A stretch of DNA of 56,979 nt from an uncultured Oscillospiraceae bacterium (GCA_910577415.1 CAJTLK010000001.1:1-56979); one strand, 5' to 3'; counted from the stretch's first letter, positions 19,980 to 29,737 are shown. Notes: a model not told the origin generated them from the letters alone. Made by a program: numbers and translations.

Positions 19980-20957
19980 TTATTCAGCGCCGCTGATCCC
20001 GGCGCAAAGAGCGCCGCACAAATGGCCGCCTCCCACATTGAAATCGGCGGCGCCGCGAAGAGCCTCTAATATATCCACATAGCGCAAAAGAAGCCCTTTG
20101 GGCAGAGCCGCCGCCTGCCGGACCTGCTCGTCCGCCGCGCCGGGATCGCTGCCGCATTGGAGCTTAAGAGCGGCGGATAAAAGCTGGGTCTCCTGTTCAA
20201 AAAGGCGGATGAGGCCGCCCCGGTCCAGCTTTTCCTTACCAATGCACCAGGCGCACAGGCCCAGCTCGTCCCGTTTGGCGATAAGGCCCAACAGCTCCAG
20301 GGCCGCGTTCCGTGTTTCCTCGTCTCCAGCCCCCTCCAACTCCTCCTCCGCCTTGCCAATAAGCCCGCCACAGCGGCGGGCGGCGGCGGATATCTCTTCG
20401 GGGCTTTTCTGAGGAAACTTCCGCTGCAGGGCGGCCTCGGCCTCCGCCAAGCTCACCGGGGAGAGGGAGACCCCCTCACAGCGGGAGCGGATAGTAATGA
20501 GTAGCGAGCCGGGGTTTTCCGCTAGCAGAAGAAAGGCGGCATAGGCCGGACCTTCCTCCAGCAACTTCAAAATGGAGTTCTGGGCCCTGGTATTCATAGC
20601 GTCGGCGTGGTGAATGATATAGACCTTGCGGGGAGCCTCGTTGGGGCGGATAAAGGCGTCGGCGCGCATTTGCCGGGTCTGCTCGATCAGGATCTCCCGC
20701 TTGCCTTCTAAAAAGTCCACATGAATAATGTCAGGGTGGATACCGCCCAGGGCCTTTTTGCAGCCTGGACAGACGCCGCAGGGGGCCTCTCCCTTCCCGG
20801 TGCACACCATGGCGGCGGAGAGCAGGGCGGCCAAGGTCCTCTTCCCCGACCCGTTGGGGCCGGAGATGAGATAGGCATGGCTCAGACCACGGCCCTGGGC
20901 CTGGGCGGAGAGCTGCCGTTTCAGGGCGGCGTTGCCGGCAAGCGTGTCCAGCTTCAT
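19980..20957 (-). CDS. holB: DNA polymerase III subunit delta'
   Basis: SHAYLISGPNGSGK, Zn-finger C..CGVCPGC, HPD, AQNSILKLLEE, TIRSRC. Confidence 0.92.
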   Translation of the reverse strand: MKLDTLAGNAALKRQLSAQAQGRGLSHAYLISGPNGSGKRTLAALLSAAMVCTGKGEAPCGVCPGCKKALGGIHPDIIHVDFLEGKREILIEQTRQMRADAFIRPNEAPRKVYIIHHADAMNTRAQNSILKLLEEGPAYAAFLLLAENPGSLLITIRSRCEGVSLSPVSLAEAEAALQRKFPQKSPEEISAAARRCGGLIGKAEEELEGAGDEETRNAALELLGLIAKRDELGLCAWCIGKEKLDRGGLIRLFEQETQLLSAALKLQCGSDPGAADEQVRQAAALPKGLLLRYVDILEALRGAADFNVGGGHLCGALCAGISGAE

Positions 20958-20958
20958 G

Positions 20959-21282
20959 TCAGATCCTCTCGAAACGTTCGATGTCCACCACAAAAATCGT
21001 GGCGCCGCCCACTGTCACCTCCACAGGCATGGTGGGGCAATAGCCGTGGTTCATCTCGGTAGAGGCGGGGATCATCTGCTTCCGGGAGTGGGAATGCTCC
21101 TTGATAACGTCGATGACGTCCTGTACCTTCTCCTCGTCTACGCCCACCAGAACAGTGACATTGCTGGAAAGCAGAAAGCCGCCGGTGGTGGAGAGCCTGG
21201 TGGAGGAAAAGCCCTGCTTGGTCAGGCTTTGGGTCACGGCCTTGGAATCGTCCCGGTTGATAATGGCAATGATGAGCTTCAT
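20959..21282 (-). CDS. darA: PII-like cyclic di-AMP receptor DarA/PstA
   Basis: MKLIIAII..TRLSTTGGFL..NVT..VGGATIFV; upstream of holB as in Bacillota. Confidence 0.92.
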   Translation of the reverse strand: MKLIIAIINRDDSKAVTQSLTKQGFSSTRLSTTGGFLLSSNVTVLVGVDEEKVQDVIDVIKEHSHSRKQMIPASTEMNHGYCPTMPVEVTVGGATIFVVDIERFERI

Positions 21283-21371
21283 ATGATCCCCTCCCGGTAG
21301 CATATAACAATACATTATTCATTATAACGCAAAAATCCGCAACTGGCCACACTTTTTTTAAAAAGGCATGA

Positions 21372-21403
21372 AAAAGGACGGCGAGCGGGTCGCTCGCCGT
21401 CCT
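21372..21403 (-). terminator. Terminator of the M23 hydrolase gene
   Basis: AGGACGGCGAGCG-N3-CGCTCGCCGTCCT with a T-tract on the minus strand. Confidence 0.85.
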
Positions 21404-21414
21404 GATCGTAAAGC

Positions 21415-22884
21415 TTAGGGTAAATAATTGTAGGGGTTTACCGTGGTGCCGTTCTCTTTGATCTGGAAGTGGCAATGGTTGCCGGTAGAGCGGCCAGTGG
21501 AGCCGACCTTGGCAATGACCTGCCCCTGGTAGACCCGCTCCCCTGCCTTGACGCACAGGCTGGAGCAGTGGCCGTAGATGGACTGAAGTCCGTTTTCATG
21601 GTCGATGACCACGTACTTGCCATAGCTCCAATAGCTGCCCGTGCCGGTACCGGCGAAAGTGACCTTGCCGCCGTCGGAGGCTACGATGGGAGCGCCGTAG
21701 GAACCGGCAATGTCGATACCGGAGTGATTGCTGTAGGAGCCGAAGATATAACGGTTGCCGTAGCCCGAGGTGATCTTGCCGTAAATGGGCCAGATGAACT
21801 TGCCGGTGGCCATGGTCTTGGGCCGGGGTTTTGTACCCACGGCAATGACCTCGGTGACGGGCTGGGAGTGAACGTCGGTGGAGTTGATGGTCCGTTCCTG
21901 CTCTACACCGTTGAGATAGCTGACATTGGCGTTGTAAGTGGCCCAGCCCTCCACGCCGGGAGTAATGACCTTGGAGTAACCCTGATAAATGGTGTCGTCG
22001 GGGACCTCCTGGGTCTCATAGGCCACGGGACCGTCGTAGGTCACGTTGTCTATGGTCTTTACAGAGAGGTAAGGTACCGCCTGGCTCACCACCAGCGTCT
22101 GGTCGATCATGATATTGTGAATGTCAACGCCGGGGTTAAGGGCCTTGAGCTGCTCCACAGACATATCCATACTGTTGGCAATGCCGGAGAAGGTGTCGCC
22201 GGACTGGACGGAGTAGTCCACCTGCTCCATGGTGTTGGAGGTAAGGATAGGCTCCAGGTCGGCGACCTGCTTAATAGAGGAGGTGGAGGTATAATCCTTG
22301 GTGACGGTCACATCCTCCACAAACTGGACCGAGACCGTATCAGGAGTGGTAAAACGGGCCTTGAGGGAGTTGAGCAGAGCGGTAAGTCCGCTGCCGTCAT
22401 CGGTGGCGCCCAGCACCCGGCCGTTTACTGTCAGTACCGAGGTCTTCATTACCTCGCCGATCTGGTCAAAGAGATAGGTCTCAATGGGGGAAACAGAACC
22501 GATATCCTCCTTCAGGGCTACCTGAAAGGAGTACTCCACGTTCTGATCTAAGGTATAATCATAGCCCAAGATGTGAGAGGCACGGGTCTCCACCCGTTCG
22601 ATGGCGGCCTCCACCGACGCTTGAGATTCTACAAGGCCAAAGGAAATGCCGTTTACCGAGACCTGCGTGCAGGGGGCGTAGAGGTGAGCCACGATGCCGG
22701 TAAAGCTGACAGCCAAGGCGGCACACAGAAAGACGATGGGGCCGGCCTTGGTGCGCCGCTCCAGGAAGTTGGGGAAGCTCAGCCCCTCCAGCCGGGGCAG
22801 CCTGGGCAGGCGGATGTGGGAAGGGCGGAGCCGGGCGGGGGCACGCGTTGCGGCGGCTCTTGGGCGGGGCAACAGTTCATCCAC
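21415..22884 (-). CDS. Membrane-anchored LysM/G5/M23 peptidoglycan endopeptidase
   Basis: TM helix, YSVQSGDTFSGIA (LysM), G5 (PVTEVIAVGT), HSGID and HCHF zinc ligands; AGGAGG RBS with GTG start. Confidence 0.9.
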   Translation of the reverse strand: MDELLPRPRAAATRAPARLRPSHIRLPRLPRLEGLSFPNFLERRTKAGPIVFLCAALAVSFTGIVAHLYAPCTQVSVNGISFGLVESQASVEAAIERVETRASHILGYDYTLDQNVEYSFQVALKEDIGSVSPIETYLFDQIGEVMKTSVLTVNGRVLGATDDGSGLTALLNSLKARFTTPDTVSVQFVEDVTVTKDYTSTSSIKQVADLEPILTSNTMEQVDYSVQSGDTFSGIANSMDMSVEQLKALNPGVDIHNIMIDQTLVVSQAVPYLSVKTIDNVTYDGPVAYETQEVPDDTIYQGYSKVITPGVEGWATYNANVSYLNGVEQERTINSTDVHSQPVTEVIAVGTKPRPKTMATGKFIWPIYGKITSGYGNRYIFGSYSNHSGIDIAGSYGAPIVASDGGKVTFAGTGTGSYWSYGKYVVIDHENGLQSIYGHCSSLCVKAGERVYQGQVIAKVGSTGRSTGNHCHFQIKENGTTVNPYNYLP

Positions 22885-22956
22885 GGCGGCGGTTCCCTCC
22901 TTTCCTGCAAAAGTTTTATGTCTCCGGCCTCAAAGATTACGAGGTGGAAACAAAAG

Positions 22957-22973
22957 GTTACAAAATTGTTACA
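22957..22973 (-). promoter_or_regulatory. WalR/OmpR-type direct-repeat box
   Basis: TGTAAC-AATTT-TGTAAC matches TGTWAH-N5-TGTWAH. Confidence 0.6.
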
Positions 22974-22978
22974 ATCGC

Positions 22979-23007
22979 ATCATACTCTCTTTTCCTCTGC
23001 GCGTCAA
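22979..23007 (-). promoter_or_regulatory. SigA promoter of the M23 gene
   Basis: TTGACG-17 bp-TATGAT. Confidence 0.7.
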
Positions 23008-23054
23008 GGGTTTTTGCCATTTTTGGTATTTTTTTATAGAGGGGACGTCCACTT

Positions 23055-23092
23055 TCACAATATCTTGTTGAGGCTTTCACAACATCTTGTGG
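23055..23092. promoter_or_regulatory. Tandem NrdR-box-like palindromes
   Basis: TCACAATATCTTGTTG and TCACAACATCTTGTGG with a 22-bp period. Confidence 0.6.
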
Positions 23093-23101
23093 ATGAACAA
23101 G

Positions 23102-24895
23102 CTACGGCTGGGGCGGGGATTGGTTTAAGTGCCGCCAGAGGGTGGTCCGGCTGATGTTCAGCCGCTTGGCCGCGGCGGTCTGATTGCCGCCGCACTCATC
23201 CAGAGTCCGCCGGATGGCGGCGCGAATGATCTCCTCTAAGGTCCTCTGCTCCGGGGGGTGTTCCGAAAAGGCAGGAGGCTCTCTCCGGGCGGCGCCGCGT
23301 TCCTGGTCAAGCAGCTCCGCCACCGCCCAGCCGCTGATGTAGGCAGAGCTGGTCATGGCGGCCAGGCTTTGGAGCACCTGGCGAAACTGGGTATAGTTAT
23401 AAGGCCAGTCAAACTGGCGCAAAAGCTCCATGGCCCGGGGCTCAAAACCGGAGATCTGTTTGCCCAGCTCCAGGTTCAGGCTGCCCAGGCAGAGGCTTGC
23501 CAGGGAGGGGATCTCATCTGCCCGGCTTCGCAGGTTGGGAAGCTCCAGCTTGGTGCAGCCCAGGCGCAAGGAATACCGGGTCCCCACCTCCGCCGGTTCT
23601 TTTCCAGGGCGGCAGACACAGGAGAAGATCAACCGCTCCCGGCGGGGCAGGTCGGTATCCAGGATCAGGGCCAGCAACTCGGCGCCGCGATTTTCGGGAA
23701 TGGCCTCCAGGTGTTGAAAGTAAATGGTCCCGTCCCGGTCATTTAAGGGAGAGTTGTAATGATTGAGAAGAAAGTCCCAGGTCTTATCATTGGCCATTTC
23801 GCAGTCCACCACCACAAAGGGTTGATTGCGAAGGGGGCTGTGGAGGTAGAGGTAGCGGGCGATCTGTTCCTTTCCGGTCCCTGCCTCCCCCAATACCATC
23901 ACCGGACGGCGGGTGGCGGACAGGGTGGATACCGCCCCCTCCACGTCTCCCATGGCGCCGCTGAGGGCATAAAAGCTGCTGCTCAGGAGTTGTTCACACT
24001 CGCCGCTGTTATAAGTGCGCAGACCCATTTTATAGGAACGCAGGGGGATCTTGGCATGAAGGCAGTGAAAGAGGTAATAGCGCGTCCAGCCCAGGTTCAC
24101 CACCTGGGCGATGACGTTGCGTAGCTCTCCCTGGTCGCTGTGGTAAAAGCGAAGGGTGGAGCTCTCCGGGACCTCCGGCAGCCGGGAGCGCAATACGGCC
24201 AGCAGCTCTAGCTGAGGCTCCTCGGGGATGCTGAAGCGAAGTCCGCCATACTCGTCCAGTACCACCACAGCGCCATTTTCCTCCTGGTTGACACAGCGCA
24301 GAAACAGGTTTTCCTGCCTCAGCCGACGAAAGCCGGCGCTGAGGGTAAGGGCCTGGTCAAAGGCGGCCTGTAGGCTTTCCGCGCCCGAGGTAATGAGAAA
24401 GGCGTCCATCCCCAGCTCCCGGGCAATGGTATGCGTCACCATGTCGCTGACCACCATATGATATCCGCCCTCCTGAAGCCGGAGCAGGGTGTGCCGGATC
24501 TCGTCGGCGCTACGTACCGTCAGGATATCCACCTGCTCTTGCAAGAGGTCGCAGAGGATGTGGGCAGGGCCGGTGATGCTGGGAAAGCCCACAATGGCAT
24601 AGCGCTTGGAGTAATTTTCCGCCAGCTTGATGGTGCGCAGCACGTCATAGACCGAGAGCTGGATCTCCACCACGGGAATGTCGGTGATCCGGCGGATGAA
24701 TTCCGCCGTTCCGCCCCGGGAGATAATACAGTCATAGGCGTTGTGAAGGTTGCGCTTTACAATTTCCACGCCCTCCTGGAGGTCTCCGGTAAATACGTCC
24801 AGACGGATGCTGGGATAGGCTTCCGCCATCCGGTCCATGCTGGTCTTCATGCTCTCGTAGGGCGCAATGCCCAAGATGTGAACGGGGGTTTCCAT
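23102..24895 (-). CDS. PrpR N-terminal domain / degenerate AAA+ / Fis-HTH transcriptional regulator
   Basis: CIISRGGTA (PrpR_N), GEAGTGKE, WPYN, GNQTAAAKRLNISRTTLWR; no GAFTGA; start at METPV. Confidence 0.88.
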   Translation of the reverse strand: METPVHILGIAPYESMKTSMDRMAEAYPSIRLDVFTGDLQEGVEIVKRNLHNAYDCIISRGGTAEFIRRITDIPVVEIQLSVYDVLRTIKLAENYSKRYAIVGFPSITGPAHILCDLLQEQVDILTVRSADEIRHTLLRLQEGGYHMVVSDMVTHTIARELGMDAFLITSGAESLQAAFDQALTLSAGFRRLRQENLFLRCVNQEENGAVVVLDEYGGLRFSIPEEPQLELLAVLRSRLPEVPESSTLRFYHSDQGELRNVIAQVVNLGWTRYYLFHCLHAKIPLRSYKMGLRTYNSGECEQLLSSSFYALSGAMGDVEGAVSTLSATRRPVMVLGEAGTGKEQIARYLYLHSPLRNQPFVVVDCEMANDKTWDFLLNHYNSPLNDRDGTIYFQHLEAIPENRGAELLALILDTDLPRRERLIFSCVCRPGKEPAEVGTRYSLRLGCTKLELPNLRSRADEIPSLASLCLGSLNLELGKQISGFEPRAMELLRQFDWPYNYTQFRQVLQSLAAMTSSAYISGWAVAELLDQERGAARREPPAFSEHPPEQRTLEEIIRAAIRRTLDECGGNQTAAAKRLNISRTTLWRHLNQSPPQP

Positions 24896-24993
24896 CCTTT
24901 TTCCTCCTCTGCTGTTCCACAGGTAAAATTTTTTCTGAGGATGTTTTAATATTGTACCATAAAGCGGCGAGCTTGTCGATAACGCATACAAGG

Positions 24994-25010
24994 TATTTCA
25001 AAATGAAACA
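24994..25010. promoter_or_regulatory. Palindromic operator candidate
   Basis: TATTTCA-AAA-TGAAACA between the regulator and the divergent operon. Confidence 0.55.
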
Positions 25011-25159
25011 GTTTTAGAGAGGGATAACTTTCTAAATTGAAAAATGTTCTAAAATAAATCAAAAATGTAGGCGGCTTTTGTCGATTCTGCTGTGGAAACA
25101 CGGTACAATAAGTTCAAACAAAACCACTTTCCCATGCAGCTCGGAAAGGAGAGGCCCCC

Positions 25160-26464
25160 ATGGCCCAATTGTTGATCATCGCAGACGACTTCACCGGCGC
25201 CCTGGATACCGCGGTCCAGTTCGCCGCCTACGGGGAAGACATACGGGTCCTCACCGGGCCGGACGCCGACCTGACCGTGGCCAGGGACTGCCGGGTGCTG
25301 GTGGTGGACGCCGAGACCCGTCACCTGCCGCCTCAGGGAGCCTATCGCTCGGTGGCGCGTATCGTGGAGCAGGCTGTGGCGCTGTCCATTCCCTACATTT
25401 ATAAAAAGACGGATTCCGCCCTTCGGGGCAATATCGGCGCCGAGCTGACCGCCCTTCTGGACGTCAGTGGCCGACGGCAGCTCCCCTTTCTGCCCGCCTT
25501 TCCCCAGATCGGACGGATCACCCGGGGAGGGGTACAGTATATCGGCGGCACCCCTGTGGCCAACAGCGTTTTTGGCCAGGATCCCTTCGAGCCGGTGCAG
25601 CACTCTACGGTGGCAAGCCTGATCGCCGCCCAGAGCCGGGTCCCTGTCCACAACTGCTCCCTTTCCGCCGGGGACGACCCTCTCCCGGATGAGGAGGGGA
25701 TCACGGTCTTTGACGCTGTCACCACCGGGGACCTGGAGCGGATCGGACGGCGTTTGCTGGAGCGGGGGCGGCTTCATATCATGGCCGGGTGTGCGGGCTT
25801 CGGCGCTGTGCTCCCCGAGCTGCTGGGGCTGACCGGACACCGCAGCGCAGACCTCCCCCGGCTGGACCCCCGGCTCCTGGTGATCTGCGGCAGCGTCAAC
25901 CCCATCACCATTGCCCAGCTGGACCGGGCGGAGACGGAGGGCTTCCTCCGGGTACGGCTGACGCCGGAGCAAAAGCTGGACACCGATTACTGGCTCACCC
26001 CCCAAGGCTCCGCTGAGTTTGACGTTATGGGCAAACTTCTGGAGAAATATCCCTACCGCATCATTGAGACCAACGACGCCGGGGGCAACCGGCCCACCGC
26101 CGAGTACGCCGCCGCCAAAGGGATGACCATGGACGATGTACGGCTGGGTATTGCCCAGTCGGTGGGGTATATGGTCAGTCGGCTATTTCCCTCCCCTGCC
26201 CTGGGTACCCTCCTCGTCACGGGAGGAGACACGCTCCTGCAATGTATGGACTACATGGGGGTGCATGAGCTTCAACCCCTCTGCGAGCTGGAGCCGGGGG
26301 TGGTGCTTTCCCGGTTCACCTATCAGGGGTTCACCCGCTATATCATTTCCAAATCCGGCGGCTTCGGCGAGGCCGGGCTGATCCCCTCCCTTGCCGCCAA
26401 GCTGGCCCGGACCCAGGAAAGGGAAACACTGAAGGAGGTATATTCCTATGCTGAAAGCCTATGA
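25160..26464 (+). CDS. Four-carbon acid sugar kinase family protein (DtnK/DenK-like, DUF1537)
   Basis: IADDFTGALD, YKKTDSALRGN, PAFP..GR, TGGDT, SKSGGFG. Confidence 0.92.
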   Translation: MAQLLIIADDFTGALDTAVQFAAYGEDIRVLTGPDADLTVARDCRVLVVDAETRHLPPQGAYRSVARIVEQAVALSIPYIYKKTDSALRGNIGAELTALLDVSGRRQLPFLPAFPQIGRITRGGVQYIGGTPVANSVFGQDPFEPVQHSTVASLIAAQSRVPVHNCSLSAGDDPLPDEEGITVFDAVTTGDLERIGRRLLERGRLHIMAGCAGFGAVLPELLGLTGHRSADLPRLDPRLLVICGSVNPITIAQLDRAETEGFLRVRLTPEQKLDTDYWLTPQGSAEFDVMGKLLEKYPYRIIETNDAGGNRPTAEYAAAKGMTMDDVRLGIAQSVGYMVSRLFPSPALGTLLVTGGDTLLQCMDYMGVHELQPLCELEPGVVLSRFTYQGFTRYIISKSGGFGEAGLIPSLAAKLARTQERETLKEVYSYAESL

Positions 26465-27611
26465 GCTGAAAATGCCGCAGGCGGTCTACGGCGGCGAGGA
26501 CGCCATTGGCCGCCTTACCGATATTCTCCGCCGTGCCGGGGCCGGGCGGGTGGCTCTCTTTACAGACCGGGGCATCGAGGGCGCCGGTCTGCTTGCCCTC
26601 GTTCAGGAGGCGGTGGAGGCCGCCGGGGCGGAATATTATGTGCTCCGGGACCTGCCCGCCGAACCCACCTACAGTCAGGTGCAGGCCCTCATCGACAGCT
26701 TTAAGGCCGGGGGAGCCGACATGATCGTGGCCTGTGGGGGAGGCAGCGTCCTGGACGCTGCCAAGCTGGCCAGTGTGCTCGTCACCGACGCCTACGGCGT
26801 TAAGGAGCTGCTGGACGACCCCGCCCGGGCGAAAAAATGCGTTCCCACGGTCCTTATCCCCACCACAGCGGGCACCGGAGCGGAGGTGACGCCCAATGCC
26901 ATTGTGGCCGTCCCGGAGCGGGAGCTGAAGGTGGGCATCGTCAACCCGAACATGGTAGCCGACCATGTGATCCTGGACGCGCGGCTTATCAAGGGACTTC
27001 CCCGCTCCCTGGCCGCCGCCACCGGAGTAGACGCGCTGGCCCACTGCATCGAGTGCTTTACCGGGAACAAGGCCAATCCCTTCAGCGACCTCTACGCGCT
27101 GGAAGGGTTGGACCTCATTCTGAACAACATCGAACGGGCCTGTGACGACCCCGACGCCATGGAGGAGAAAAATCGGATGCAGATCGCCGCCTACTACGGC
27201 GGGCTGGCCATTACCGCCTCCGGCACCACCGCCGTCCACGCCTTGAGCTACCCCTTGGGGGGCAAGTACCACATTGCCCACGGCGTCTCCAACGCCATCC
27301 TTTTGGCCCCGGTGATGCGCTTTAACGCCCCCGCCTGCCGGGAGCGGCTGGCCGTCGTCTATGACCGGTGCTGCCATGACCCGGAGAAGACCTGCCGCAC
27401 GCCGGAGGAGAAGTCCGGTTGGGTCCTTCGCCGTCTGGAGGGGATCGTCGCCCACCTGAACATTCCCACCAGCCTGAAAGAATTCAACGTCCCCGCCGGG
27501 GACCTGGAGGGACTTGTAGAGGCGGGCATGCAGGTGCAGCGGCTGCTGGTCAACAACCCCCGTATCGTCACGGCGGACGACGCCAGAGCCATCTATCAAC
27601 AGGTGCTGTGA
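26448..27611 (+). CDS. Iron-containing alcohol dehydrogenase
   Basis: GGGSVLDAAK, IPTTAGTGAE, DALAHCIE, HALSYPL, HGVSNA. Confidence 0.93.
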   Translation: MLKAYELKMPQAVYGGEDAIGRLTDILRRAGAGRVALFTDRGIEGAGLLALVQEAVEAAGAEYYVLRDLPAEPTYSQVQALIDSFKAGGADMIVACGGGSVLDAAKLASVLVTDAYGVKELLDDPARAKKCVPTVLIPTTAGTGAEVTPNAIVAVPERELKVGIVNPNMVADHVILDARLIKGLPRSLAAATGVDALAHCIECFTGNKANPFSDLYALEGLDLILNNIERACDDPDAMEEKNRMQIAAYYGGLAITASGTTAVHALSYPLGGKYHIAHGVSNAILLAPVMRFNAPACRERLAVVYDRCCHDPEKTCRTPEEKSGWVLRRLEGIVAHLNIPTSLKEFNVPAGDLEGLVEAGMQVQRLLVNNPRIVTADDARAIYQQVL

Positions 27612-27624
27612 AAGGAGGCTCCCT

Positions 27625-28533
27625 ATGGAACTGTCACAGATCAAAGGTATCATCCCGCCCATCCTCACCCCCATGCGCCCGGACGAGAGCCTGGACCTGG
27701 AGGCCTTGGGCGCTGAGGTCGAGCGGCTTTTGGCCGCGGGGGTCCACGGCATTTTTCCTCTGGGCACCAACGGCGAGGGCTATATCCTCAGCTGGAGCGA
27801 AAAGCTTCAAGTGCTGGAGACCGTTATCCACCAGGCAAAGGGACGGGTGCCGGTCTACGCGGGCACCGGCTGTATCTCCACCGCCGAGACCATCCGCCTG
27901 AGCCGGGAGGCCCAGGCCTTGGGGGCGGACGCGCTGTCCATCATTACCCCCAGCTTTGCCCTGGCCTCCCAGCAGGAGCTGTATGACCACTATGCGGCGG
28001 TGGCCCAAAGCGTGGACATTCCTATCGTTCTCTACAACATCCCCGCCCGTACCGGAAACAAGCTGCTGCCGGAGACGGTGGCCCGGCTGGCAAAGGACAT
28101 CGACCTCATCGCCGCCGCAAAGGACTCCAGCGGCGACTGGGACAATCTGCAAGCCTATATCACCCTCACCCAAGACCTGGGCAAGGACTTCCGGGTCCTT
28201 TCGGGCAACGACTCCCTGATCCTGAAGTGCCTGAAGGCCGGAGGCGCGGGGGGCATCGCAGGTTGCGCCAACGTCTATCCCCATACCATGGTCTCCATTT
28301 ATGAGCGTTTTCAGGCCGGGGACCTGGAGGGCGCTCAGACCGCGCAGGACTCCATTGCAAGCTTCCGGGCGGTGTTTCAATACGGCAATGCCAACACGGT
28401 GGTCAAAAAGGCCGCCGCCCTGCTGGGCGCCCCGGTGGGAGAGTGCCGCCGGCCCTTCTGCCGGCTCAGCGGGGAGGGGATGGAGGCACTGCGGAAGGTC
28501 CTGGCGGAAAATGCCGCCAGGGGGATGGATTGA
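27625..28533 (+). CDS. DapA/NanA-family class I aldolase/lyase
   Basis: LGTNGE, VLYNIPARTG, Schiff-base KDSSG, SGND. Confidence 0.9.
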   Translation: MELSQIKGIIPPILTPMRPDESLDLEALGAEVERLLAAGVHGIFPLGTNGEGYILSWSEKLQVLETVIHQAKGRVPVYAGTGCISTAETIRLSREAQALGADALSIITPSFALASQQELYDHYAAVAQSVDIPIVLYNIPARTGNKLLPETVARLAKDIDLIAAAKDSSGDWDNLQAYITLTQDLGKDFRVLSGNDSLILKCLKAGGAGGIAGCANVYPHTMVSIYERFQAGDLEGAQTAQDSIASFRAVFQYGNANTVVKKAAALLGAPVGECRRPFCRLSGEGMEALRKVLAENAARGMD

Positions 28534-28547
28534 CAGGAGGAGAAGAC

Positions 28548-29627
28548 ATGAAAAGACCCATTTTAGGCATCACCATGGGAGACCCCTTTGGCAACGGCCC
28601 GGAGATCACGGTCCGGGCTCTGGCCGACAAAAGTGTTTATGACCGCTGCCGTCCGTTGGTGGTGGGCGACGCCGCCAGTATGGCCTATGCCCTCCGGGTG
28701 GCGGAAAAGGTATCCGGCATCCGCCTGGAGCTTCACCCGGTGAAGACGGTGGCCGAGGCCCGGTTCGAGTACGGGACCATCGACCTGCTGGACATGGGCC
28801 TGGTGGAGCCGGGAAATATCCCGGACACCGCCGGTCAGGACCAACCCCAGCCCTTCGGGGTGGGAGCATGCGCGCTGGGAGGAGAGGCGTCCTTCCGGTA
28901 TGTGGAAAAGGTCATTCAACTGGCCCTGGCCGGGGAGGTGGACGCCACTGTTACCAACGCCCTGTCCAAGGAGGCCATCAACATGGCCGGACATCATTTT
29001 TCCGGCCACACGGAAATTTACGCCCATTACACCAAGACCGACAAATATACCATGATGCTGGCCCACGAAGAGCTGCGGGTGGTCCATGTCTCCACCCATG
29101 TCTCCCTGCGGGAGGCTACCGAGCGGGTGAAGAAGGAGCGGGTGCTGGAGTGTATCCGCATCGCCAACGAGGGCTGTAAGGCCCTGGGCATTGAGCGGCC
29201 CAAGATCGGCGTGGCCGGACTTAACCCCCACTGCGGAGAGGGCGGCATGTTTGGCCGGGAGGAGATCGAGGAGATCCAGCCCGCCATCGACCAGGCCATT
29301 TCCGAGGGTATTTACATTCCCGAGGGCAAGCCCACCCCGCCCGATACAGTCTTTTCCAAGGCGCTGGGCGGATGGTATGATATCGTGGTGGTCATGTACC
29401 ATGACCAGGGTCACATCCCTCTGAAGGTCAAGGGCTTTGTCTACAACAGGGCCGAGGGACGCTGGGATGCCGTGGCCGGGATCAATGTCACCCTGGGCCT
29501 GCCCATTATCCGTGCCAGTGTGGATCACGGCACCGGCTTCGGACATGCCGGTAGCGGCCACGCCAACGAGCTGAGCCTTGTCAACGCCATAGACTACGCC
29601 ATCCGTCTGGCGCTGGCCAAGGCCTGA
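28548..29627 (+). CDS. pdxA: PdxA-family (PdxA2) 4-phospho acid-sugar dehydrogenase
   Basis: ITMGDP, GHTE, GLNPHCGE, MYHDQGHIP, RASVDHGT; clustered with a DUF1537 kinase, so catabolic. Confidence 0.9.
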   Translation: MKRPILGITMGDPFGNGPEITVRALADKSVYDRCRPLVVGDAASMAYALRVAEKVSGIRLELHPVKTVAEARFEYGTIDLLDMGLVEPGNIPDTAGQDQPQPFGVGACALGGEASFRYVEKVIQLALAGEVDATVTNALSKEAINMAGHHFSGHTEIYAHYTKTDKYTMMLAHEELRVVHVSTHVSLREATERVKKERVLECIRIANEGCKALGIERPKIGVAGLNPHCGEGGMFGREEIEEIQPAIDQAISEGIYIPEGKPTPPDTVFSKALGGWYDIVVVMYHDQGHIPLKVKGFVYNRAEGRWDAVAGINVTLGLPIIRASVDHGTGFGHAGSGHANELSLVNAIDYAIRLALAKA

Positions 29628-29737
29628 CACAGTACGCCTTTACGGAAAACGACCAGGAGGAGAAAGGAGGAGGGGCGGAAAAGCATATCGAAACAGCCCG
29701 CGAGAAATACTATACGATCACTAAGGAGGAACGACAA

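Noticed and set aside
27625..29627. dapA and pdxA as lysine and vitamin B6 biosynthesis genes
   Set aside because: The context (DUF1537 kinase, TRAP importer) indicates catabolic paralogs; the lyase has GTNGE rather than GTTGE.
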